A DNA stretch of 64,000 bases from Basidiobolus meristosporus CBS 931.73 (taxonomy: Eukaryota; Fungi; Basidiobolomycota), in NCBI GenBank assembly GCA_002104905.1, contig MCFE01000326.1, positions 1 through 64,000 of the forward strand. The letters are read 5' to 3'. The translations under genes were made by a program, and so were the position numbers. The stretch's first letter is position 1. Each line of letters begins with the position of its first letter. Below are positions 1-12,053 of this stretch, piece by piece. A model generated the notes under the pieces. It was not told the DNA's origin. It was given only the letters and a program-made list of their open reading frames with translations, and searched no databases.

Positions 1-176
1 CTGATGGGTTTGCTGACCAAGATAACATCTATTTGATTTGCACACTTAAAAAATCTCTGTATGGTCTGAAATAATCACCAAGAGCCTGGAGTTGCAAGAT
101 GAATTCTTATTTGGAATCAATGAGTTTCTAAAGAAGTACTGCTGACCATGGCATCTATTATAAGCCAGACAGAGCC
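1..176 (+). pseudogene. Ty1/copia family A reverse transcriptase fragment
   Basis: Translates DGFADQD..LICTLKKSLYGLK*SPRAW...YYKPDRA, collinear with copia RT at ~7450-7620. Confidence 0.85.
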
Positions 177-286
177 TTATAACCCTTTTGTAAAAATACA
201 AATCATTTCATATGCACAAAAATGTTTTATTTTACAGTTTATGCCCAACATGATCATGCTATTTGCCACTCATATAATTTCTTACT

Positions 287-450
287 TTATCCCCTATTTA
301 CAACCCATTATGAACTTATGCAAATTATCCCCTATTTACAACCCATTGCAAACTTATACAAATTATCCCCCATTTACAACCAATTGTGAACTTATACAAA
401 TTTTGCCTATTTACAACCCATTAAGAACTCATATGAATTGCCCCATTATT
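287..450. repeat. ~38-bp tandem repeat, ~4.5 degenerate units
   Basis: Core TTTACAACC at 297, 335, 373, 410 (periods 38, 38, 37); unit ~AACTTATRCAAATTATCCCCTATTTACAACCCATTGYR. Confidence 0.85.
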
Positions 451-676
451 AATGCCCATTCTGATATCAAAACCCTTACAAGCATTCCTCCATCTCCGCG
501 AAATATCCACACTTTTCCAAACCACCCCCAACCCTATAAATCTCCCATGTGTTTACATACCTGCTCCTACTCCTCATCTAAATATGCCCTTACTTTTTGC
601 CAGCAGCCTCTTGGGCCTTTTTTATCAGCACCTCTATGCTTATCCTCCCACTATCCCATTCTTGTTGTATAGCTCT

Positions 677-1925
677 CATTTACTCAGGTGTTTCCATATA
701 CTCATATACATCCCTTTTCCTTCTCCCCTTACCCCTTCCCTCCCCAACATTTTTGCCTGCTGACCTATCTCCTGAACTAAATCCATCAACAACTTCCAGC
801 TATCTTGGTTTCACTGGCAGAATTAGATTCCCCAACCCCAATGGTTTTGGTGGTTTTGGTGGTTTTGGTTTGTTTGGCAAGTCTTGTGTCACATTTTTCT
901 TCTCCCACACTGGATGCCCCTTAAGCACATCTCCCAACCCAAACCCTTTTGGTAGTTTTGGTATGTTTGATGTGCCTTATTCCATATTCTCCTATATTGG
1001 ATGCCCCTTAAACATATTCCCCAACCACAAAAGTATTGACACATTTGGTTTGAGACCCTCCACTCCCCCACTCTCCTCCAAGACATTTCCACATCTAATC
1101 TTCTGCAAATCTGGCCTCTCAAATACTGAGCTTCTTTTCTCCACAACTATTTTATTTGTTGGCACCTTATTCTCTTTCTAATCAACCAATTTAATTGCCA
1201 GAACGTTATTTTCCTACTTACATGTTTGACAGAGATACTTCTGTCTTTACAATAGGTTTATCAACTAGCAAATCTACTTTAACCTCACATCCATCATTCA
1301 GCAATCCTCCCCCCTTTAAATCTTTCTGTATAGCTTGACCTTTTGTATTATCATCCAACCCCATATTGTCCAAACCTGTTCCAACTTAATCCGAATTATT
1401 GCATACATCTGATGAAATATGATAACTGCAGTATTCCAATCCCCTTCTGGATTTGCAATCACATCTTAAACTCTTCCTCTTCTCAGGTTTTATTATAGCA
1501 GTACATTTCCAACCCTCTGTTCTCACCTTTCTCCATAAATCCACCTCCGTTTCCTCCAACACCAAACTTTTAATTTTCTCATACTTTATTAAATACTGGT
1601 TTAATACTTTGAAAACCTCAAGTTTGTGCGCTGTTCATACATTTGTAATTTCACACAGAAATCTTAATTGCATATTTAATTCACCTAACTTGTCAAACTC
1701 AAACTTAAAATATATGGTGCAAAAATTTTTATCTCAAAATAGCAACCAAATTACGTAGGAACACTATTGCCAAGAACAAACGTTATATGTTTATGTACAA
1801 TTCTTCTTTGGCAAGAACCATACAGTAAGCTCTTTTCTCTTGTAAATAACCTTTCTGTCTAACATTTTCCTTCCCATATTTCATTTTGCATAACCCAAAC
1901 CCACTTCTATGCCCATTTCCCACAT
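677..1925 (-). pseudogene. Decayed ~415-codon gene of unknown function with a C-x14-C-x10-C-x2-H putative zinc finger and Pro/Lys-rich repeats
   Basis: Manual minus-strand translation keeps one frame from 1925 to ~1225 with scattered stops, then one frameshift. Contains KCTAIIKPEKRKSLRCDCKSRRGLEYCSYH (~1419-1508) and the repeated motif LG(N/D)xxKGHP(I/V). Confidence 0.55.
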
Positions 1926-2110
1926 GTCTATTCTTATGACTATTCTCCAACTCACAAAATTTTAAGCCATTTTAACCTTGGCAACCAAACTTTTTTAAAA
2001 AAATTCCAAACCTCAAAACTTGAATTATTATTTTGTTTGTACAATCTAAACTTCATCATCCCAAAAAACCTTTTTTTCAAGATCTAAATCTTTTCATCTC
2101 AAAAATATTT

Positions 2111-3067
2111 TAAAAAATATTGGAAGCAACTAAATCCAGCCAATCTACAGAGTTTAAGATGTGAAATCTGTGAGAGCTCAGTCATCATTCAAGGATAATA
2201 TCCTCCATAGATAGAAGTATACAGACTCTCACTCTAAGCCAATCCCAGCATACTCATGATAAATTAAACATGTACCAAATGGAAGACTGTGAACAGCAGC
2301 CACTCCAATAGAAATAAACCTTAATTTGGTCAAAACCTAACCAAATAAAGAGAGCTTAGTGCCATCCAAAAGTCCAAAATTTACTTACTAGTCTATGGTT
2401 GGCAGTCTGATGTACACCATACTTGGAACATGCTCAGATATCTTAAATGCAATGGGAGTTGTTCACCAGCATAATCTGAACTATGTATATGATTGTATTG
2501 CAGCAGTTGAGCAGATATTATATACCAAAAAGAAACTGCAGATATCTGCTTATGGTACTCCTATAAGAATTTAGACCAGTTTCTTGTGGGAAACTCTGAC
2601 ACTGATTGGGGACAAAATTTTGAAGACAGAAGATCCATCAGAGGACACACCTTTCTTTACTGTAAAGGAGCAATTTCATGGAACTAAGCAAAGCAACCAG
2701 CTGTGGCAATTTCCACCAAAGAGGCAGAGTATATGGTGGCCTGTGAGTCTACAAAAGAAGCCATATAGTGAAGTAGGCTTTTTGAAGATTTAGGCTAATA
2801 ACAGAAAAGACCAATTGCTTTATTTTAAGATAATCAAGGATGTATATAATTAGGTAGAAATCCAACTTTTCATGCTAGAACCAAGCACATAGATATTAGA
2901 CATCACTTCATATGTGAAGCTATAGAGAATAACTTAGTTAGCTTAGTTTACTGTCCTACAGATGAAATAATTGCAGACCTACCTACCAAACAATTAGCTA
3001 GAGACAAATTTGAATATCTTAGGTCAAACTTAAGACTAGTTAGTATGAGCATTTGGTTGAGTGGGAG
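2111..3067 (+). pseudogene. Copia family A RT-end/RNase H remnant and PPT
   Basis: RNPTFHARTKHIDIRHHFICEAIENNLVSLVYCPTDEIIAD..TK.L.RDKF; PPT GAGTGGGAG at 3059-3067 abuts the LTR. Confidence 0.9.
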
Positions 3068-3268
3068 TGTTGTAAGAACTTGTATTTCCACCTAAATATT
3101 CATCAAACTTGGTTACTTAAATCATTACATAAAAATCTTGTAGAATACCAACCCAATTCCTTATTGGGATTTACCAAGTGTATTCTCACCAAAATATCTG
3201 GTACCCAAAATATGAAAATTCTCAAAGTTGTCTAAACAGCCCCAAGCTTTGCACACATGCACACTATG
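3068..3268 (+). mobile_element. Truncated 3' LTR-A
   Basis: Starts TGTTG right after the PPT; matches the first ~200 bp of LTR-A. Confidence 0.85.
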
Positions 3269-3269
3269 G

Positions 3270-4300
3270 ACCAGATGTGTCTGCTTGTGCCACAATATTA
3301 GGAACCAAGATGATAATGAATGAGTTTTTGCCTCAAATAACTAATGCACTGCATTAAATATTAGTAGAGCCAAGTGACTTCCAAGAGCAATATACACAGA
3401 ACTCATTAAAGAAACAGTTCTAAAGTATCAGACACAGGGCAATTGATTACTTTAAGGAATTGGAAGTTGAGCTTCAAGAGGAAGAATACAGACTCTATGC
3501 AACTGCATCAAGATTAGGCCAGCACACTTTGCTGGATTCCACATCAAGTGTGACAACACCAGCACACCTGTGCACTGGTATATGCCAGTCCCACCTACAT
3601 CAATATTCTAGACCGGGGCACTACAAACTAATTCAATGCATTTGGAGCCAATACATGCAGTTCAAAGCAAGACTACCATTACTTGCTAAACTACTCAATT
3701 AGACACAAGTCCACTAATGCAGGCCAAATTGCATTTACACATTGCATCACATTGGACTCAGCAAAGGGCCATGCCAAAATGTCATATTGCACCTGCATGT
3801 GCTGTTACACTTGACCATCAGCAAGTTACTTCTGGAGAACTGACTAATGAGGGGACACTAGAGGTTCCTCCACCTCAGGAGCCTTTAGCAAGGAAAAGAA
3901 CACCTCTGTGCATGGCACTCCAAGCTGGTTCCATAATACCCTGTGGAGCAATTCAGTGAGGGCAAGCTGCAGCACTGCACTCATCAACCAGGAGGTAACA
4001 CCCTTGATATTATCTATATCAAATATCAAGTGATAATTGGCCCACATGGTTTGACTTGATTACTAAGAGTAAATTTGAGTTATTTGAATTAAAGCAGATC
4101 ATAGCAACTCCATGAAGCTGCTTTATCTCCTAATTTTTTTCTCACAAAGACTACTACTGAGCATTTGGTAGTAACTCACTTTGCACACCTAAACTACTTC
4201 CATGTTGACTCTCATCTTATCTGCTTGAGTACCTGTAGTCTGTGTTTTGCATCCTGGCTGATGAGTGGAGTGCAGTAGCATGGCCATGTAGTATTTCACT
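3270..4300 (+). pseudogene. Possible non-LTR (LINE) APE endonuclease remnant
   Basis: THQPGGNTLDII (~3978-4012) followed ~33 codons later by ADH (~4096) resembles the APE C-terminal TH..G.TLD...SDH motifs. Heavily decayed. Confidence 0.4.
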
Positions 4301-4309
4301 AGATGATAT

Positions 4310-7300
4310 TGTTGTGAAAATTCATATTCCACCAAAGATTCACCTTAGTCACTTAGATCATTGCCTTCAAATCCTAGATAATACTGACCAAATTCCTTGT
4401 TGGAATTTACTGAGAGTATTTTCACCAAAATATCAGGTACCCAGAACATGAAAATTCTCAATGTTGTCTAAACAGCCCCAAACTTTGCACACATGCTCTT
4501 GGGACCTTCCTTAGCCTGTTCTATGTGTTTGTAATGCCAAGACCATTTAAAAGTATAAATACTACTTTTACATTCAATAAATAATTAAGTGAAAACCACA
4601 TAATCTACTTGTCCTCCCAATCACTTCCAATATCTCCAAGACTCTTATAACAGGTTATGAGCCCCAAGCTGTTTCCCTCTGAAATGTCTACTACTGCTAT
4701 TACTGGAATTTTTCCCTCTGCTGAAAAGTTGGATGGATCTAACTACCAAGTGTGGAAGGTGAAGATGATGATGCTGCTACAAGAAAGAGGCCTTTGGGAT
4801 ATTGTCATGGGAGAAGAATGCCCACCTAAAAACATGAGAGAGGAAGCCTTAGAGTACCAGAAGAAAGAACAAAGTGCCTTTAACTGCCTATGCCTAAATG
4901 TTAAAGACAAATTGCTAATTCAATGCTCAAGAGCAAGAACAGCAAAGAATGCCAGGAAGGCATTAGAAGACAACTACTAGTCATGCTCAGCTGCCAAGAA
5001 AATGTACCTGAGACAAAAATTCTTTACTACAGAGATTCTGCCTGGAGAAGAAATGAAAATCTAATTGACAGAATTACCCTGCCAGTAGATGAGATGGAAT
5101 CTGTGGATGTTGCAACTGCTGATGAGTATGTGATAGTTACCATCCTGAATAGCCTGGCAGACAGGTTTCAGGGGCTTGTATCAGCCCTAGAGCTCAGAAC
5201 TGAAGGTTTGACCTTAAATTATATAAATGGAAGGCTCCTGGATGATGAATTAGGAAGATCAAGTGACAACAAGAAGGAAGAAGAAAGTACTTTAATAAGC
5301 AATGATAACCAACAATGAAGGTACCCAAGACCTTCCAAAGACCATAGCAACCTGTTTTGCAACTACTACAAAAGTAAAGGGCACACATCATACTGGTGCT
5401 TCAAAAAGTGAGGTGGTCAGCAGAAAAAGCCTGAAAATGGAAATACTGCAACAACTGAAGATAGACTATTCATATCTGCACTAAACATGACCACAAACAA
5501 GGATTCTCAGACGAGGTATATTGACTCTGGAGCATCTCAACACTTTACAAACCAAAAAGAACTTTTTGCCCAATATCAAGAAATTCCAATTAAGAAGGTT
5601 TTCATGGGTGACAATAGAACACTTGATGCCGTGGGAGAAGGAACTATCCAAGTAAACCTTAGAAGCAGTGAAGGAAGCCATACACTGACCTTTAAAGAGG
5701 TACTTTATATACCAGAAATAGCAAAGAACCTACTATCTGTAAGCAAGGCCACAGCCAAAGGACTCAGTTTCAGCTTTGATAATTCTGGATGCAAGATCAC
5801 TGATCAAAATGGTGCCCATATTGCTTTGGGTATCAGATATAAGAATCTATACAAGTTAGCTTATATTTCAGCATATCTGGAAGCCAATATAAGTAACTTA
5901 AAAGAAGAAACATTAATACCTTGGCACAGGAGATTTGAGCACATTGGTTTGATTATTTGCGCAAAATGATCAAAGATCAGCTAATTTCTGGTGTAAAAAC
6001 TGATTCCCCGGCTAATTCGGAGCACTGTGAAGCCTGCATATATGGAAAACAAGCCAGAGAACCGTACAAGAGCTCTGGGTTAATCAAAACTAAGAAAAAA
6101 CTATATCTAATTCATTCAGATCTGTGTGGACCTATGCAAAATTTATCCTTAGGCAGGTTGAAGTATTTAATCACTTTTATTGATGATTATACAAGATACA
6201 CATGGGTCTACTTCATTGAGAGAAAGGAAGAAGCTCTGTCTAAGCTCAGGAAGCTTAAAGCTGTGGTAGAGAGAGAAGCTGGCAAAAAAATCAAGAAAAT
6301 ATGCTCTGATAATGGTTGAGAATAAACCTCAAAACTCTTCATCCACTTCTGCAAAGTTCATGAGATAAAGCAAGACACTACAGTACCATACTCCCCACAG
6401 CAAAATGGAGTAGCAGATCATGCAAACAGATCAATAATTGATATGGCAAGAACTATGATTCATGGTCAAAAATTATACTATGATTATTAGGCAGAATCAG
6501 TTGCCGCTGCTGTACACCTTAAAAATAAGAGTTTTAACAGAATACTATGTGATTCTACTCCACTTGAAGCATGGTATAGCTACAGACCAAATGCAAAACA
6601 TCTACAAATATCTGAGTGTACAGCATATGCCAAGAAACTGCCCAAAAACCAGTCAAAATTTGAGCCAAAAGGTGTAAAATGCATATTTTTGGTCTACTGC
6701 AATGTGAGTAAAGCATACAGACTCTACAATACCAAAGTGTGGATGCTAATCAAGTCCAGGGATGTACTGCTTGATGAAGATTCAAAATTTTCTCAAAAAA
6801 CAACATTAAATGATGACAGAAATTTGATCTCTAGTCAACCAATTGTCAGGATTGAATCAGAGCAAGACAATGAAAGTTTTTTCACTTCAAAGGACTATAA
6901 AACAGTGGCTCAGCCTGAAGCAGTGCCCAGAAATATTGCAGAGGTGATTATTCCAGTATCAAATGCCCAGAGATCCAATCAGGCAAGAAATAGCCCAAAT
7001 TACTATTTCAATGAGGGTATAAACTTAGCCTATGCCTATTCAGTCCATATTGATGAGCCCCAGACTGTAAAAGAGGCCCTAAATAGCCCTCAGACAAAGT
7101 TTTGGAGATCTGCAATGACTGAGGAATATCAGGCCCTGATGGAAAATCAGACTTGGGACTTAGTCAAATTACCAATCAACCAAAAACCAATAGAATTCAA
7201 ATGGGTCTTCAAGACAAAATACAAGGCTGATGGCACAACTAAAGGATACAAAGCAAGACTTGTTGCCTAAGGATACTCTCAAATGAAAGGACTTGACTAT

Positions 7301-7925
7301 ACTGAGACCTTTGCACCGGTAGCCAAGTTTAATTCCATCAGATTAATATTGGCTATTGCAGCCAAGTATAAGTTTTTTATTCATCAAATAGAGGTAAAAA
7401 CTGCCTTTTTGAATAGAGAACTTGATGAGGACGTGTATATGGACCAGCCTGATGGGTTTGTTGACTGAGATAACCCCCATTTGGTCTGCAAGCTTAAAAA
7501 GTCACTATATGGCCTCAAACAATCACTAAGAGCCTGGAATTGCAAGATAGATTCTTGTTTGGAATCTTTGAATTTCAAGAGGAGTAATGCTGACTATAGT
7601 ATATACTATAAGCCAGATAGAGCAAGTCCAGCTCTATTAGCTCTACATGTGGATGATCTTATCATAGCCACCAATAACCTAGAAAGATTGGCAGAGGCTA
7701 AATCCAGCCTATCTAAGGAATTTAAGATGTCCAATATGGGAGAACTCAGTTACTACTTAGGAATTAAGTTCTCCATAGACAGAAGTACCCAGACTAATAC
7801 CCTTAGCCAATCCAAGTACATTCAAGATATACTAAAGAAGTACAAAATGGAAGACTGTAAACTGGCAGCTACCCCAATGGAGACAAATGTTAACTTGGTC
7901 AAAACTCAACTAAATCAAAGGGAGT
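4310..7925 (+). mobile_element. Copia family A, 3'-truncated (5' LTR 4310-4652, PBS, gag-PR-IN-RT)
   Basis: LTR TGTTG...TAACA; PBS 4653-4665; gag LDGSNYQVWKVKM, protease YIDSGASQH, integrase HSDLCGPM..FIDDYTR, RT LHVDDLII; multiple stops and frameshifts. Confidence 0.95.
4653..4665 (+). promoter_or_regulatory. Primer-binding site complementary to the tRNA-iMet anticodon arm (half-tRNA priming)
   Basis: GGTTATGAGCCCC directly after the LTR; complement of GGGCTCATAACC in fungal initiator tRNA, the same PBS type as Ty5 and Drosophila copia. Confidence 0.85.
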
Positions 7926-8374
7926 ACTAATGGCAAGGTTACAGAATATTCTGGGCATCAACAGAATTCTAGATGACATCACTATGAGCTAAAAATACTC
8001 CAAGAGAGTCCTGGAAGGTTCTAAAAGGCAAACCACATCTGACTAATCAGGGATCAGTAGTCTGAAACCTGTGTAACATAGATATACCAAATATAGTATT
8101 GAAATGGTGGGGATGGTAACACAGACTTAGGTCATGTGTATGTGTACTGGTGCAGGTACCTGCCTAATATAGATACATATACTAATCACAAAGCTGAATA
8201 ACATCTGGGATCACTAATGCTAATAACTAATCAGGAGTAAAATCATATGGGGATAATACTAATAATATGGGCAAAGAAGAATAGGATATTACTGATAAGA
8301 TAAAACATGGATAGATGCATCATAATAGCTATATGAATAAACTTGTCTGTGAGAGGTATGTTTACCCTACCACA
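7925..8374 (-). mobile_element. Partial LTR-B
   Basis: Reverse complement of ~48825-49275; ends ...CCCTACCACA. Confidence 0.85.
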
Positions 8375-11300
8375 GCACAAGTCATATTTAGCCATCCACC
8401 AGTCACTAGTGTACCAAGAGTATCTTGACAGCCACTTTATACCACAATAACAGCACCTGGCTGTACTTGTCACCTTGTGCAAATTGAGTCAGGTGAGCTT
8501 GTGATGCCTTTAGGCTCACCCCAGTCTTTGGAATATGGCATGCAGAGTGACAGCTCTGAAGAAGCAGGCTCACTAATGGACTGTGAGCCTATCTTCCTTA
8601 ACAACAGTACCCTGCATGAGCCTGGCATAATCCCATTATGCAATGAGACAATACCTGAGCAGCCAAATGCCAAGGATACTTTATGGAGTCAAGTGAGCCC
8701 AGTAATCTGTTGCAAGAGTCTTGGAGATATTGGAAGTGATTGGGAGAACAAGTAGATTATGTGGTTTTAACTTAATGATTTATTGAATGTAAAAGTAGTG
8801 TTTATACTTTTACCTGGTCTTGGCATTACAAACATGTAGAATAGGTTAAGGAAGGTCCCAGGAACATGTGTGCAAAGTTTGGGGCTGTTTGGACAACATT
8901 GAGAATCTTCATATTCTGGGTACCTGGTATTTTGGTGAAAATATTCCAAGTAAATCCCAATATGGAATTTTAGTCAGTATTCTCTAGAATTTGAGGGTAA
9001 TGATCTAAGTGACTAAGTTAGGTGAATATTTAGGTGGAAATGCAAATTTTTACAACATAATCCATGTACTGGCAAATGATGTGATGTTGTGGCTAGAGAA
9101 GTGGTGCATTTTCTCTAATATCAGTTATGGGGGCTTTAAGGATTTACTACTACTCCTTGCCAAAATCATCCAAGGGTGCAACTTACCATGTACATGGTAT
9201 TAATGGACAACCATTGTGTGGCTGACAGCATATAACCCAGACACCATCCTGATACCAGCATGTGTCAACAGTAGCATGGTATTCACTTCCAAAAATGCCA
9301 CCATTGCAAGGTGTCCAACTAGTCAAGAGTCCACCACTATTAGGGGAAAACATTGATCACACTCCAAATATATTTCACCAGTACCCCAGCTAAAGAAGCT
9401 CATGCAGTCTGACAAATATTGTGAAGTTATAAAGTACTGCACTCAGTATCAATTAAGTGCAAGCTTATCCAATACATTTGATGGCAAATATTAGAAGCAG
9501 CTAAGAAGCAAGGGCTACTTTGAAGGTATGTACTACCAAGCCTTTACCTTGGCACTTGATGGATTCTCATTAAACAAGTATACATTCAGCAAATCCTGCT
9601 GATCACTGATTCTCATCAACCTGAATCTGCCACCTGTCTTACAGTACCAGAGCCAAAATCTGATGGTAGTCTGACAGGTGTCTTGGCCTAAATCACTGTC
9701 AAACCTGGATAGCTACCTGTACCCATTGCTGGAGGATTTTGTAAGCTTTCCAGTGAGATAACAGTAAATGGCCATCATGTCAAATCATATATTATTATCT
9801 GCATTGGAGATACCCCAGCCATCAACAAAATAGCTGGCTTTTCTGGGCACAATGGACAGTATTGCCCTCAAATGCAGAAGATACAGGGGACTACTCCATA
9901 ACTCAAACATATATTGTTACCTAAACACCACCACTAAGAGCATCATCTTTCCACAAAGAGAACATACAGAAGTCAGCATGCAATTGCGGCAAAGCTGGAA
10001 AGCTATAAGGCATCGGCCAGAATATGGAGTTAATTGGAGACCAGAGATACTTAAGATACAGGGTATCTGCAGGAGCAAAGCTTTCCACTGGGAGCAATGC
10101 ATTTATGCTTTAACCATATCCCTATACTGATGACCAAGTTGTACATGAGGCACTTCAAGCTAAATATGCCCCTAGAGATAGCAGAGAAATTGGAAAGAAT
10201 TGGCAAGATATTCCAGAGTGTCTGCTACCCTAAGCACTTCTCACAGGCTCCAATCAACATTCATTTGCATATGCAACAATACAAACCCAAGGACTGGATG
10301 AGCTGGATATGTACTAATTCAAGTGGCCTTCTGAAGCCATTTCTAACAGGTGTACATTGAAAGTATTGGGAGTGATATGTACACATTGTAGGAATATTTA
10401 TCCAGAAGCAGATCATCAATTCCAACTTAACACATCTACAGCTTTGTGAGAGGAGTTTGTGACAGGATTTGAGCTGCTATACTACAAACATAAAGCTGAA
10501 CATGTAGATCACTGCTGTCACTTTATACATTTGCTACTCCATCTTGCTCAATGCATTGAGAATATTGGACCTTGCTTCACCTTTGAGAGTTTCCTATGGA
10601 GCAGATGTGTGGGGAGATAGGAAGACAAGTCAAGCTGCAGGTATTACTATATCTCAATCTCATCAAGAACATTAACTCAAAGTCCAATATGAATGTGATG
10701 AGTTGGCATATGGAGGACAACCAAGAAGAGTTGGAAAATACTGAGGCCAGATGGGCACATGGAGAAACCTATGCCTATGGCATTAAGAAGCTAAGCAGCC
10801 CAAATGCATGGGTGATCAGTTAAGTATTGCAAAGTATGGTTGGGTGCACCAAGCAACTGATTTTCATTAGGAAAGCTATACTCAAATATGCTGGATTTCT
10901 CATGGTCACAAGCTAATTTCTACACCATTCAATATGGAACTCACACAAACAAGTGCCAGAGTGCACCTATAAGTGGGACTAGAATCCATCACAGTGAAGG
11001 AACATATTGGCTAAGTATCAAAAAGTTCTTTGGGGGTGTTCAGGCGGTAGATGTGGCAGCAACTTAGCATTTGTTTGCAAGATGCATATGCTACCAGCAA
11101 TACCAGGAATGTGGCAACTTTACATGTTTTGCACTAAAAAGCTATAAATTTGTGATGATAGAAGTATGTCAATTATGACAGATGTGCACATTTGTAGAGG
11201 TTAGTAAGCAGGAGGCCATAGTTTTTTTTGACTCAAGCTATATGTGGAATATCCAAGGTAGTAATGGGAAAGCAATTAAAGAGGGGTGATTCTACAGCAA

Positions 11301-11743
11301 AATATATCAATTGTGCAAGGGAAGGTAGAAAAAGGAAATACCATTTGGAGAGTTGATATGGTAGCTTTATATAGAACTAGCTGTAGGTCACAATACTGCC
11401 ATAATAATGCCATCAGAGGCTTGCAATGAGGTCATTAAAACACCAACAGGTTTTTGCCATATACCAGCAATTAGATGTTCTGGCTGGTTAAATCCACTCA
11501 AATAGTTGTAGAGCACACTAAGACTACAACAATGCCACCCCAGGCAAAATACTGCTCAAACACCATGATGCTTTTTGACTTTATTTGGTTGTAAAATTAG
11601 CCAAACAATATTGTGATCCTGTAACAAGGCTATGTAGATGGCCACTAATACCAAGCTGCTGGTATTATAATGATCTCCTGAGAGGATCTTAACAGCTAAT
11701 CTGGATTGGATCCTCCTTTAGTACCAAATTATTTTTCATATGG
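8375..11743 (+). mobile_element. CACTA-superfamily element copy A (left-truncated), decayed transposase
   Basis: Collinear with copy B; LALDGF, WxLILINLNLPP, GDTPAINKIAGFSGHNG, FPME motifs; right TIR ...ATTATTTTTCATATGG followed by TAC. Confidence 0.9.
8708..9057 (-). mobile_element. Solo LTR-A
   Basis: TGTTG...CAACA with perfect 5-bp TSD TAATC; flanks rejoin the CACTA transposase. Confidence 0.95.
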
Positions 11744-11746
11744 TAC

Positions 11747-12050
11747 AAGGCCTGCTGTGCAAAGTTTCAAGCACTGTCAGACATTAAGGATTATGATATC
11801 TGGCTTGGTCGCCCATTTGCTGGAAGCAGGCATGACAATGCACTCTGGGTATAGAACCATCCAGGGTTCAGTAGGTGGCAAAATAAATGGCAGATGTAAC
11901 TTTTATAGGAGAGAATTGTCAGAGATCAGGATGCATCAAAACTTTTTGTGAGCCAAAGAAGTGTGTACTTGGCAGGAAGCACATGGTCTATAATGGGATG
12001 CTTAATCTTATCTGAGTGAGAGTAGATCACATATTTGGATATATGAAGAT
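11747..12050 (+). pseudogene. Old gypsy protease-region remnant
   Basis: DYDIWLGRPF resembles the YD-I/L-ILGxPW protease tail. Confidence 0.35.
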
Positions 12051-12053
12051 ATT

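Noticed and set aside
287-450. Possible CRISPR array
   Set aside because: Units are head-to-tail with no unique spacers; eukaryotic context with no cas genes.
148-1758. Plus-strand ORFs 148-672, 597-1181 and 1453-1758 as genes
   Set aside because: They are low-complexity or antisense shadows of the tandem repeat and the minus-strand pseudogene.
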